Shown piece by piece: positions 1 through 11,972 of a stretch of 64,000 nucleotides of DNA. Made by a program: the position numbers and the translations under genes. Positions within the stretch are counted from its first letter, which is position 1; every line of letters starts with the position of its first letter. Location of the stretch: positions 62,312,001 to 62,376,000 of the forward strand of contig NC_086097.1 in NCBI RefSeq assembly GCF_963921235.1, read 5' to 3'. Under the pieces are notes generated by a model. That model was given only the letters and a program-made list of their open reading frames with translations, was not told the origin of the DNA and made no database searches. This DNA is from Mobula hypostoma (taxonomy: Eukaryota).

Positions 1-123
1 AATCCCTTACTCACTCTTCCTTCAGTTAGTCCTGACGAAGGGTCTCGGCCTGAAACGTCGACTGCGCCTCTTCCTATAGATGCTGCTTGGCCTGCTGCGT
101 TCACCAGCAACTTTGATGTGTGT
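1..123 (+). mobile_element. 3' end (pLTR) of Neptune-type Penelope-like element, cut by window start
   Basis: Near-identical to 18828-18949 and 47729-47849, which follow a GIY-YIG ORF. Confidence 0.9.
28..63 (+). ncRNA. Minimal type-I hammerhead ribozyme
   Basis: AGTC-CTGACGA-A-GGGT(CTCG)GCCT-GAAA-CGTC-GACT: CUGANGA and GAAA cores, helix I AGTC/GACT, helix II hairpin, GUC cleavage triplet. Confidence 0.85.
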
Positions 124-160
124 AACTCACACTTATCTAGGTTGAACTCCATCTGCCAAA

Positions 161-405
161 TCCTTAGTATTTGGGGGCCCATTCCAAATTTCTTCAACCG
201 TCTGAGGTAAAAGAGGCACTGTTGTGCTTTTTTCACCACACAGCCTGTATGTACAGTCCATGTGAGATCGTCAGTGATGTGCATGCCAAGGAACTTAAAG
301 CAGCTCACCCTCTCAACCCCAGGTCCATTGATGTCAATAGGGGTTAGCCTTTCTCCATTTCTCCTGTAGTCCACAATCAGCTCCTTTGTTTTTCCGACAT
401 TGATG
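161..405 (-). mobile_element. Rex1/Babar-type LINE RT C-terminal fragment
   Basis: Minus strand reads NVGKTKELIVDYRR and KKAQQCLFYLRRLKKFGMGP. Confidence 0.75.
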
Positions 406-1246
406 GACTTCTATCAAGTCATCACTCAACCTCTTTCACTTCAGAGACAACAGGCCCATCTTATTATCTTCCTGAATTAAAGTCCTCTAATTCAGGCAGT
501 ATCTTGATGAATCACCTCTGTCTCATCTGAACTAGGAAAATCATATATCAAAACACGGGATTTTCAGACAGTGAACATATTGTTGTACACATTTTTTCAA
601 TCCCATGATGTTCTTGAGAGATCATTATATATTTCTCTTACATTATTACTAGTTTTTAGCAGATTATTAACTACAAGTTAAAAAATATTGGCTAACACCA
701 CCAAAGGCACTACAGCTGTTTTCAAGGACAGTTAAACCACATGCATTGGCTATCAGTTAAAAAAAGCAGCTTCAACAAACCTTACTGATCAATGGCCTTG
801 ACCACAGGAGTTCACAGCTCTGCAGTTAGCAGAAAGAAAATGGCTCTGGAATCAAGGTTTCTTTGGGCACACAGTGAGAATATGAACCTGCATAAACTGT
901 GGGAATTAAATATAAGCCCAGCAAGCATGTGGAAGTACTGAGAGAAATGCCACTAACAGTAGAATGAAATACACAGGGGAACAGAACATAGCAGCAAACC
1001 CTTTTCATTTTCATTGTGCCACCTTTCAGGTGAGAAGCAGAACAAAATGGCAGCTAAGGCGCAGGTGGGATAGATGGACACAGACAATGGAGCATGTGAG
1101 TCTTTTTCAACCTACATGTGGAGCAGGAAAATGATCCTTATTCTTAATATTCTGTAAGCAAACGGTCAAATTGAAAACCTACAGATACAGCAACTTTTAA
1201 AAGATAGTTAAATGGTCATTTAGATCGGAAAAGCGTCACTTAAGGA

Positions 1247-1539
1247 TAAAGATTAGTTTTATTTGTCACATGCACATCGAAGCATCAAAACATACAGTGA
1301 AATGTGTCATGCGCATCGAGAATGTGCAGGAGGCAGCTCGCAAGTTTTGCCATGCTTCTGACACCAGTATGGCATGCCCACAACTCATTAACCCTGACAT
1401 GATTGTCTTAGGAACGTGAGAGGAAATGCCCATGGTCATGGGGAGAACATACAAGCTACTTACAAGCAGCAGCGGGAATTGAAGCCTCATCTTACAGCTG
1501 ATGTTGTAAAGCATATGCTATCGGCTATGTTAACATGCC
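1247..1539 (-). mobile_element. tRNA-derived SINE (V-SINE-like), decayed
   Basis: B-box-like TTCAATTCCC near the 5' end on the minus strand, V-domain-like centre, LINE-like tail with an AAATAAAA signal. Confidence 0.6.
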
Positions 1540-1856
1540 TGTTAGGTTTAGAAGGATATGACCCAAACTTGGGCAAATAGTTAGGAAAGACATCTCAGCT
1601 GGCATCGACTAATTGAGTTGAAAGATCTTTTCCAAGCTTTCTGACTCTACAACCTGCCATGAATTGTTTTTCCAGAGATCAGCTCACTGAGTCTACACCT
1701 AGCTCATGGAAGAATCGGAAATACCAAAGATCTCAAGGCAGCCAGATTATTAGAATATTAGTGTATTGCTATGAAGAGAATGTATAAACGCTGTTGATCG
1801 GGATTGGTTCTGGAATCCACTGCATGCTAGCAGCCCCACAGAAAGTCAACATTATT

Positions 1857-3590
1857 CTCTCCCTCAATTTTCCCTCTCAGCCCCAATCTCCTGCCTTCTC
1901 TCCATAGCCCTTCATGGCCTAACTAATCAAGAATCAACAAACCTCTGCCTTAAATATTCCAAATAATGGGCTCCACAGTCACCTGTGGCAATGGATTCCA
2001 CAGATTCACCACTCTCTGGCTAAAGAAATTTCTCCTCATTTTCATTCTAAAAGGATGTCCCTCTGTTCTGATGCTGTATCCTCTGATTTTAGACTCCTCC
2101 ACCATAGGAAACATCCTCTCCACAACCGATCTATCGATGTCTTTCAATGTTTGTTAGGTTACAATGAGGGTCACCCCTCATTAGAAACATAGAAAATAGG
2201 TGCAGGAGTAGGCCATTCAGCCCTTCGAGCCTGCACCGCCATTCAGTATGATCATGGCTGATCATCCAACTCAGAACCCTGTACCAGCCTTCCCTCCATA
2301 CCCCCTGATCCCTTTAGCCACAAGGGCCATATCTAACTCCCTCTTAAATATTATCTAACTCCCTCTTAAATATAGCCAATGTACTGACCTCAACTGTTTC
2401 CTGTGGCAGAGAATTCCACAGATTCACCACTTTCTGTGTGAAGAAGTTTTTCCTAATCTCGGTCCTAAAAGGCTTCCCCTTTATCCTCAAACTGTGACCC
2501 CTCGTTCTGGACTTCCCCAACATCGGGAACAATCTTCCTGCATCTAGCCTGTCCAATCCCTTTAGGATTTTATACGTTCAATAAGATCCCCCCTCAATCC
2601 TCTAAATTCCAATGAGTATAAGCCTAGTCGATCCAGTCTTTCATCATATGAAAGTCCTGCCATCCCAGGAATCAATCTGGTGAACCCTCTTTGTACTCCC
2701 TCTATGGCAAGAATGTCTTTCCTCAGATTCAGGGACCAAAACTGCGCACAATACTCCAGGTGTGGTCTCACCAAGGTCTTGTACAACTGCAGTAGTACCT
2801 CCCTGCTCCTGCACTCGAATCCTCTTGCTATGAATGCCAGCATACCATTCACCTTTTTGACCGCCTGCTGTACCTGCATGCCCGCTTTCAATGACTGGTG
2901 TATAATGACACCTAGGTCTCGTTGCACCTCCCCTTTTCCTAATCAGCCACCATTCAGATAATAATCTGTTTTCCTGTTTTTGCCACCAAAGTGGATAACC
3001 TCACATTTATCCACATTAAATTGCATCTGCCATGAATTTGCCCACTCACCTAACCTATCCAAGTCACCCTGCATCTTCTTAGCATCCTCCTCACAGCTAA
3101 CACTGCCGCCCAGCTTCATGTCATCCGCAAACTTGGAGATGCTGCATTTAATTCCCTCATCTAAGTCATTAATATATATTGTAAACAACTGGGGTCCCAG
3201 CACTGAGCCTTGCAATACCCCACTAGTCATTCTTCTGAATTCCAGTGAGTAAATGCCCAGAGCCATCAAACACTCCTCATATGATAAGCCTTTCAATTCT
3301 GGAATCATCTTCATGAAACTCTTGTGAACCATCTCCAATGTCAGCACATCCTTTCTTAGATAAGGAGCCTCACCAGTACTTTGTGAAGTCTCAACATTAT
3401 ATCCTTGCTTTTATATTCTAGTCCTCTCGAAATGAATGCTAACATTGCATTTGTCTTCCCAAAACTGACTCAACCTGCACATTAAGTTTTAGGGAATTCT
3501 GCATGAGGATTCCCAAGTCCTTTTGCACCTCAGAATTTTGAATTTTCTCTCTATTGAGAAATAGTCTATGTTTATATCTCTTATACCAAA
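1857..3590 (-). mobile_element. CR1 LINE 3' part, interrupted by a younger CR1 at 2183-3226
   Basis: ORFs with RRNFFSQRVVNLWN and LGIYSLEFRRM; the two halves join across the insertion. Confidence 0.85.
2183..3226 (-). mobile_element. 5'-truncated CR1 LINE (RT C-terminal half and 3' UTR)
   Basis: QGSVLGP, SKFADD and LVRPHLEYC motifs; TAGAAACA-type tail; flanked by TCATT (2178-2182 and 3227-3231). Confidence 0.92.
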
Positions 3591-3595
3591 GTGCA

Positions 3596-4870
3596 TTTTG
3601 AAGAGGATTCTCAGGGATGGAACTTATGAGCATTTGCAAATCCATGTCCAAATTAGGGACAGTTAGTATCGTTTTGTGCAGGGCAAGTTGAGCTTTACTA
3701 ACTTGATTGATTTTTCCAAGGAGGTGACAAAGTTGTTTGATGAAGGTAGAGCAATGGATGGTGTCTACACAGATTTTAGTAAGCTGCTTGACAAAGTTCC
3801 ATGTTAAGTGTGGTAGCCCAACTAACATTGAGATGCATTAAATCCAAGGTGACTTGACCATTTGGTTTCAAAAATGGTTTGCCCATTGAAGACAGAGGGT
3901 AGTGGTCGATGGGACATTTTCTGAGTGGAGGTTTGCGATTAGTGTTTTTCAGCTGGGATCCTTCCTGCAGCCTCTGCTGTTTGTGATTATATATAAATAT
4001 CCTGGATAAAAGTGAAGGGATGGGTGGATTAATAAATTAGATTAGATTATGAAGACATGCAGTCCTCTTTTATTGTCATTTAGTAATGCATGCATTAAGA
4101 AATGATACAATATTTCCTCCGGTGTGATATCACAAAACACAGGACAGACCAAGACTGAAAAAAACTAACAAAACCACATAATTATAGCATATATTTACAA
4201 CAGTGCAACAATACCATAACTTGATGAAGAAGTCCATGAGCACAGTAAAAAGTTCAAAGTCTCTCAAATGTCCCACATCTCACGCAGATGAGAGAAGAAA
4301 GAAAAACTCTCCCTGCTATACCCGACCACAGTCCCGACTCTGAGTCATCAGAAAACTTCGAGCACTGATCAGCTCTCCGACACCGAGTACTGAGCGCCAT
4401 CTCTATCCGAACGATTCAACCTCCATCTCGGTCGCCAACAGCAGGCAAAGCCGGGCATTTTGAGGCCTTCCCTCCGAAAGATTCCCGATCACACAGTAAC
4501 AACAGCAGTGAACTGGCATTTCAGAAATTTTTCCAGATGTTCCTCTGTGCTTTCACATCCGTCTCCATCAAATCAGAATTGTCCACGGCCCCTATTTAAC
4601 GGATATTTCACTGGAGGGCTGCGCACGCGCGGCATGCTGCTCTCTCTCCTCCCGCTGTTAAGTTCATAAATTATACAAAAATTGGTAGTGTTGTGGACCG
4701 TGTAGAAGATTATCAAAGGATAGAGATCAATTACAGAAAGGGGCAGAGAAATGGCAGATGAAGTTGAATTGGACCAAATGTGTGGAGTTTCACTTTGGAA
4801 GATGAAATGCACTGTCAAGAGGGGCAGTGGGGGTAAATATGATCAAAACATTTAAGATGTTCTCAGACAT
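3596..4870 (+). mobile_element. Decayed CR1 LINE RT region, split by the 4037-4657 insertion
   Basis: Remnants of LTNLIDF and FSKxxDKV; the WISKFADDTKIG region is split at the insertion. Confidence 0.75.
4037..4657 (-). mobile_element. ~620 bp non-coding, non-autonomous retroposon, copy 1
   Basis: Reverse-complement match over its full length to 53325-53948; AATAAA followed by an (ATCTA)n tail. Confidence 0.85.
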
Positions 4871-5169
4871 GAATGTGGAGAGGATGGAGGGTCTTGGGCA
4901 TTGCTAAGGTAGAAGGGATTGGTGCAGTTTGGTATTTAATTACTAGTGTAATTAATCTGGCCGAACATCATAGGTGAAGGATGAGTTCCTGTGATGCTCT
5001 ATAGTACGAAAGCAGCGCCAAAAGCTCCACTTTGGATCTAAATGGCAGCAACACATGGGCATGAATAATGCTAATGCAAGCTAAAAGTGTAACAGGTTTC
5101 ATTAACTGCTGGTCTATTCTTCTATAGGGGATGGTTTACATGTATCTGAAGAAGGATCAGTGCTACTTT

Positions 5170-6240
5170 CAGTTAATTAAAGAAACCCTACAGACTGAAT
5201 TATCAGGTTTGACTGAGAAAGTTGATAAACAGTTGCAATGGAGTTGTCATTTATTTAGAAAGCTTTTGGCAACAGATAATATTAAAGGATAGTTAACACA
5301 AATGAGGTTTATAGGACAGAAGAGTCAACATCAGTTTGGATAATGATGGGCTGAAGACAGAAAGCAGAAAGTTGTGGTAAATGATTTCCTTCATTCTGAA
5401 AAACGTAGACAGCAATATTCCCCAAAGGTCACAGTCCATATGAAAATATAATTTGGAGACTGTAATTCAAAGATGCCAAACTTAGAGGTGTAACTAAACA
5501 TGAAAATGAACTAATGTTTGCTACTTGGCTTAAATAGGCTGGCAGAATAGACAGGTAAGTTGGCAATGGAACTTGATGTAGGGAAATGTGATATATTTTG
5601 GCAGAAGGTGTGGGAAGTGGCACTGTAGATAATGGTACAATTCTAAAACATTTGCAGAGGGACCTGGAAGTTCAGGCTTATGATTATGTAATGTTAATTG
5701 AGAGGGTAGTTTGCAAAGTATGATGGATCTCAAGCTTCATAAAGTGCAGATGCAGATAAATAAAGCCCTGGGCAGTCCACAATTGAATTATCTAAGCCAT
5801 CGGGATTTAAGAACAAAGTAAGGCACTTGAGAGGGTACAGGGTGATTTACTACTCTCATTCCAGGGATGATGGGGTAAAGCTACAATATGAGGTTGAAAA
5901 AGCTATAGTTACTTTCTTTGGAGCTAAAGAGTAATTTTTATTAGAGGTGTATAAGATTATGATGGGTTAACATAAGGCAGACAAAGAAATGTTGTTCCCA
6001 TTAGCTGGTGGCAGGACTAGGGGACATAAAGTTTTGGATAAGAAATAGGAGGGAAATTTGAAGAAAAATTATACAGTGGTTGGCAATGACCTTGAATGCA
6101 CTGCTCCTGAGGAAAATAAATAAGCAAGAATGAACAAAATTTGAAATGATACAGGAAGATGGCACAGACAGTGGGCAAAGTGGCTTTCTTTTGTGTTATA
6201 ATGAATCCATGATTTCTCCAGAATGACATGTTAATCCATG
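5170..6240 (+). mobile_element. Ancient, highly decayed CR1 LINE
   Basis: Remnants of the KAF, PQG, AKLRGV and IEVYKIM motifs in CR1 order, with many stops. Confidence 0.6.
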
Positions 6241-7294
6241 CCCTGAGCATCTAACTGGAGCAGAATTTTGAATTCAACCCTAAGGATGAAATGTGCTCAT
6301 CAATTAAACTTGTGTTAAATCTTGCTGCTCCCACTATTGCCTCTAGTAGTACAGAGCAGTACAAGTACTAAACATATGCTTCATCTACACTACCAGAGGG
6401 AAGAGTGGGAGCAGCAAGATTTTAAAAGTGTGATCTTATAGACGTGTCACACAATTTGTTTAATTACAAGTTGATAAAGAAATTACACATTATTTCACAC
6501 AAACATATTATAAATGCCAGTGTTTGTACCAACTAAATAGTTAAAGTTGCAAATTTACTGCGAACTTTACAGGCAGCTGTGAAATACACTGACTGTGGTC
6601 TATATAACCAGGATCAGATTGGAAGCTCTGTGCAGCCCTGAAAAAGCCTTTCAGCCCACTATGCCCAACACATACCTACTTACACTAATTCTATTAACCA
6701 ACTTTGCTTGTTGCACCTACCACATCCGCACCCGACAGGATCAGCTGGACCATTAACCTTTTCAAGTCCACTGAGCTCCACTCTGCTGTCTTCTTGTCAG
6801 GTCCATGGGTGCAGCATCACCTCTTTCAAGTCAACATGTGATCCGGCATGCTTTCTCCCTTTCAGGACTGCCTGAGTTCACCCTTCTGGGTTGGCATCCC
6901 ATTGACCAGATACATTCTGGATCATCCTGACCCTTCCGTGCTTCTTCTTGCCACCTGTAACCTCTGTGCCCACTATGGTTCGCTATGCCCGATCAGTCTG
7001 TTCATGCTCAAACCCTCCCGGTGTGCATCACTGCACACCTCTTCACATTTTGCTGTCTATTCTTAATCCCCCTGCATTGGGCCACTGCTGTGCATTCCTT
7101 GCTGAACTGGTCTTTTGTTCTGACTCTCCCTGTTCCTGATTCGCCTGCTCAACACAGTCCACACAGTTCCCTTTTGTGTCTGCCTGAACTCCACACTGCC
7201 ATCACCCTCTCAGGTCTGCATGAGAGTCATCCTGCCGTGTCTCATTCAGGTCTGCCTGCTGTCTTCTTTTTTGTTCAACTGTGTCTGCATTCAG

Positions 7295-7594
7295 TTTATT
7301 TATTAGTTGAGTTACAACACAGAATAGCTCTTCCAGCCCTTCAAGCTGTGCTGCCCAGCAACCCCTGATTAACCCTAGCCTAATAATGGGACAATTTACA
7401 ATGACCAATTAACCTATAACTGGTAGGTAGCTTTGGACTGTGAGAAGAAACCAGAGCACCCAGAGAAAACCCATGCCTTCCCACATGGAGGAGATATAGA
7501 TTAATCACAGATGACATCGGAATTGAACTCTGAACTCCGAAGCCCCAAATTGTAATAGAGTCACGCTAACCACTACGTTACCATGGCACCTGCC
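7295..7594 (-). mobile_element. tRNA-derived V-SINE (HE1-like) with CR1-derived tail
   Basis: Minus strand has A-box-like TAGTGGTTAG, B box GAGTTCAATTCC, V-domain GGGTTTTCTCTGGGTGCTCTGGTTTCTTCTCACAGTCCAAAG and a CR1-like 3' end. Confidence 0.8.
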
Positions 7595-9714
7595 ATAGTC
7601 TAGTGGATTATCAAATCCATCTGGGATTAAACTGTTGCCTCTGAGTTTACTGTGTCCAAAGTAGTTCACTCTGTTTCCCTCAGTCTTCACAGTTTGTTCA
7701 TATTCCTTCCCACATGGTGCTCAGGCTATTCATCCTGCATCTCTCCACACTCTGCAGCCTACTTCTAATCACCCCGCTTCACGCTACTGCCGGTAACTGT
7801 TGTGCATTCATTGACTAGCTTCCCCTTCGCTCGCTCTATCCTGGCTCACCCTACACAGCCTGCTAGGCCGTTACCCTTTCAAGTCTGTTCGAGCTCCAAT
7901 TACATTCTCCCTTTCAGTTCCGCTTCAGCTCCACAGTGCTCTCTTTTTTTCAGGTCCATTTGATCGACAGGCTGCTGGATCTTCAGCCACTCGGGATCAT
8001 CCTGTGGTCTCTCTGCCCGAATTTCACTTCCCCTTCTCAGCCAGTTCATGCGTCATCTGATCTGGCGCACTACGTCATTGATCTTCAGCTCTTCGTTTCG
8101 TCGTCCACTTCCAATCACCTTGAGGGCCATTACTATTGCACGTTCTTGGGGTAGTTATACTCACCCATTGTCCACCATTGCATCTGGCTCGTCCTGCGTG
8201 GTCTGCTAGGCCATGTCCTTTTCAGTTCTACAGGAACTCTACTCTGCATTCTCTTTTTCAGGCCTACTTGATTTCTTCCCTCATCAGGCTATTCTCATTC
8301 ACTGTTTCTGAGGAAGACAATTTAGAAAAAGGTTTCTTAACCTACTTCCTGCCCCAACATGAAATTCAACCAAAGTGAATATACTGTTGTCCAACCAGAA
8401 ATTAATTACTGAAAATTAAATTTGCACACTAATTGTTAAAATATAACATTACACCCCAGTGGAGCTGCTGCCCAGTTGCACCAGTGAACTTATTTTAGTC
8501 AGGTTCAGTCCTGCACACTGGTGCAGTTGGTGTGGAGATTCCACATTCTCCCATGACTGTGTGGGATTCCTCCGGGAACTCCTCCTCACTCCCATTAAGC
8601 AGGATCAAGAAGCGGATAACCTACTCCAGATCATAATAATACAGGATTTAAACCGTGTGTGTTTATTTTTGTCAGATGGGATAGAATTTAGAAAGTGTAT
8701 TAAATGAAGGGAGAAGCTGGGTGTTGGAGGAGTGGTCAGATGGGTGGGAGGGGGGATGAATAGTGGCAAAGAAAAGTTTTGCAGACAAAAATGAAGGACG
8801 TGGCTTTGTAATACCATATTTCACACCGCTACCAACACTACAGCTCACTCTCCACCCACTGAGTTTCCCATCTTTCCTGGGACGGTTGGACCAATCCCCC
8901 ACCTGCTGATTGCCCAATTGCCTTGTAACTCCAATGAAGCCCCATGCCCACTTCAATCCCTATCCCTTCACTGGCACACCAACACCCATATCCTTGCCCA
9001 GGGCTTTAATAATCACGATCTACATAAATTATGACATGACTTCAGCCCACTGCATCCAGCCTCAGAACCAGACAAACCGTTTTCTTCTACGCACTGCGGG
9101 GTGTGCTAAGTATAGTGTCTTGGACACTATTGATATTGGAACGCTAGGACTATGAACCAATAATTATAATAGCTCATTATAATTTCTAGGCTAATGTTTG
9201 AAACTGCCTGATAGATAGTTAAGAGAATATTAATGCATATTGGAATGAACAGTGAGTTACTGCCACAAATGGATAACCTCCCTAAGGAGTCAACCTCCAA
9301 ACTTCTTGTGATCCAGTTATGACTCAGGGAATGATGTCCATTTTGAGAGGTAAAAATGGCAGAATCTGCTCACGTGGCTCAGCTTGCATAGTTTTGTAAT
9401 TAAACCTCATTGCAAAACACAAATATAGATACAGCAACACGACTCATTGTCCACTGAAATATTTCATGTTAGTGAAGTTAATGGGAATCACAGTAGGAGA
9501 TCAATCAGGGTAAGTGAAAATGTAGGAGTAAAAATTACTCCATCATGATCTGGAGAGAGTTTCATGTGGAGCCAGAACTTCAAAAGGGAAAAAGTCATAA
9601 TGGAAAAATCTTAGGCCCATTAGTTTGATTTTGGTTATGAACAAATTGCTGAGAAATATCATAAAATGGGGAAGTGAAATGAAAGGCTTATGGATTAGTA
9701 ATAGAAACCTTCAT

Positions 9715-10925
9715 GGAGTCATAGAATATTGCAGCACAGAAACAGGCCCTTCAGCCCATCTAGTCTGTGCCAAACTATTTATCTGCCTAGCCCCATTGGC
9801 CTGCACCTGGACCATAGCCCTCTATTCCCCTCTCATCCATGTACTATCTGTCCAAATTTCTCTTAAACATTGAAAATGACCTCACATTCACCACTTCTGA
9901 CAACTCTTTCCACACTCTCACTATCCTCTGAGTAAAGAAGGTTCCCCTCATGATCCTCTTAAACAGTTCACCTTTCACCCTTAACCTATGACTCTAGTTG
10001 TATTCTCACACAATCGCAGTGGAAAGAAGCCTGCTTGCATTTATCCTATCTATATCCCTCATAATTTTGTATACTTCCATCAAATCTCCCTTCAATCTTC
10101 CACATTCTAGGGAATAAAGTTCTAGCCTACTCAACCTTTCCCCATAACTCAAGTCCTCAAGTCCCAGCAACATCCTTGTAAATTTTCTTATTATTAGGGT
10201 CTTGCTTAAACAATGGAACAACACTAACTATCCTTCAGTCCTCTAGCACCTCTCCCATGGCTACGCATCTCTGCTCTGGCTCCTACAATTTATGCACTAT
10301 CCTACCACAGAATTGAGAGAACACCTTGTCAGGCCCTGGGCCACCCTAACTTGCCTCTGGACAGCAAACAGCTCCTGTATAGGGTCAATGAGCTCGCTGA
10401 TGCATTCCCTCACATCTATATACATTGTGTCCATTTCCTGAGTAAATACAAATGTAAAAACCAATGGAACCTGGGAGCATCCAGCTGCCTGTCCTCACTG
10501 ATGACCACAATGTCATGTTTCCCCAGCTGATCCATGCCCTAATCTCTTCAGCCTTTCCTACGATATTCCTTGCAGCTCAGAACATTAGTCCCACCATGCT
10601 CAACATTTCAATCCTTGACCTTGTCTGAAGGCTTAACAACATCTTTCTCCACAGTCACTCCACTATCTGTCCGAGCGCTCTGATTTCCACCACCTCTCCC
10701 CCATGCAGCACTAGCACACCTTCCCATTAGGATATTGGTCACCCTCCAATTCAGGTGCAAACTGTCCCTTCTGTACAGGCTCTACTTTCCCTGGAAGAGA
10801 GCTTAATGATCCAAAAATCAGAAGTTCTCCCTCCTATACCAACTCCTTAGCCACATGTTAAGCTGTATGATTTTCCTATTTCTAACTTCACTTGCACGTG
10901 GCATGAGTAGCAATCCTGAGATCCT
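9715..10925 (-). mobile_element. Internally deleted CR1 LINE (3' UTR, RT end, EN and ORF1 remnants)
   Basis: ORF 10006-10224 (ERLSRLELYSLE...GDLMEVYKIM); upstream pieces match the CR1 EN and ORF1 seen at 38000-38600. Confidence 0.75.
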
Positions 10926-11456
10926 AACTTACTGAAAACTTGATTAGAGTCTACATCTGTGCTTGTCCAAGCCTGATCTCACCCAGGGCTGTTGAGCTAA
11001 TGTTGGACCACTCTAACAGATCATGCTGATTTGTACCCATATCTCTCTCCTGACTCATTTCCTCATCTCCCCTTTACATCTCACTGAAATTTCAAGTTGA
11101 CAATGTGCGCACTGTACTCATAGCTCCTTTGAAGCTGGTGAATGAATTTTGGAGACTGACTACACGTTAAGGTGTTGACCACCTTTGACAAATGATTTTT
11201 GAGGCACATTAGGAATAGTTAAACTTCCTTGGATTGTTTTGATATGGTGGACTTCCAGAGGTGGGCTATGATAGTGGGTGAGGATTCTGCCTTGCCACCT
11301 TTTACCCATGTTCACTAGATAGTGGCACTTATGGGGAAACACAAAAAAACGCTGGCTGAGGCTAGACTGTGAAGTGGCTCTGGGAATATTTGTGTTCTGA
11401 GAGTCTCAAGGCAGTGGAGGGTTTAAAGGGAAGTGTGGGTACAGATCAGATATCTA

Positions 11457-11972
11457 CAGACATCACACCCTGCAAAAGTTTATTTCAGGGAGGTAGCACC
11501 ATCAATTTGCAGGAGACTTCCGGAACTTCTGGGAGAGGTGGGATGTCTGCAACAGAGTAGCTCCTTAGCAGCTGGCCAGCTAGTTTAAATAACTTTAGCT
11601 ATGCTAATGAACAAATGACACCTGTTAAACCCACCATGGGCAATAGAAAAGTCACTGTTGCAAACAGCGCAGCGAGCAACACTGTCATTATTTTTGACCC
11701 CTATTTGGCAGGGGCTACTTTAGTGTAGTCTGGGGCGATGTACGTTTTATATTTTTTTGGAACATGGCGTGCTCTCGCTCTCTCTCTCTCTCTCTCGTGC
11801 TCTCGCTTGCTTGCTCTCGCTCTCGCTCGTGGTCGCTCTCGCTCTCTTGCTTTCTCTCGCTCGCCCTCAAAAAAATTGATTTCCGTGATATTGTACATAA
11901 TTTGCGGGCATCAGGGAGCCACTATTAATATGCGGGAGACTCCCGGAACTTCCGGGAGAGGTGGGATATCTG
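11457..11972. mobile_element. MITE with 13-bp TIR (CAGACATCCCACC) and 6-bp TSD, copy 1
   Basis: Imperfect TIRs at both ends, TATCTA on both flanks (11451-11456 and 11973-11978), internal (CT/CG)n tract, second copy at 48863-49339. Confidence 0.85.

Noticed and set aside
2943..3347. 134-aa ORF with RT motifs in permuted order
   Set aside because: Chance in-frame junction between two nested CR1 copies at 3227-3231.
7520..7594. tRNA gene
   Set aside because: tRNA-derived head of a SINE; no complete cloverleaf.
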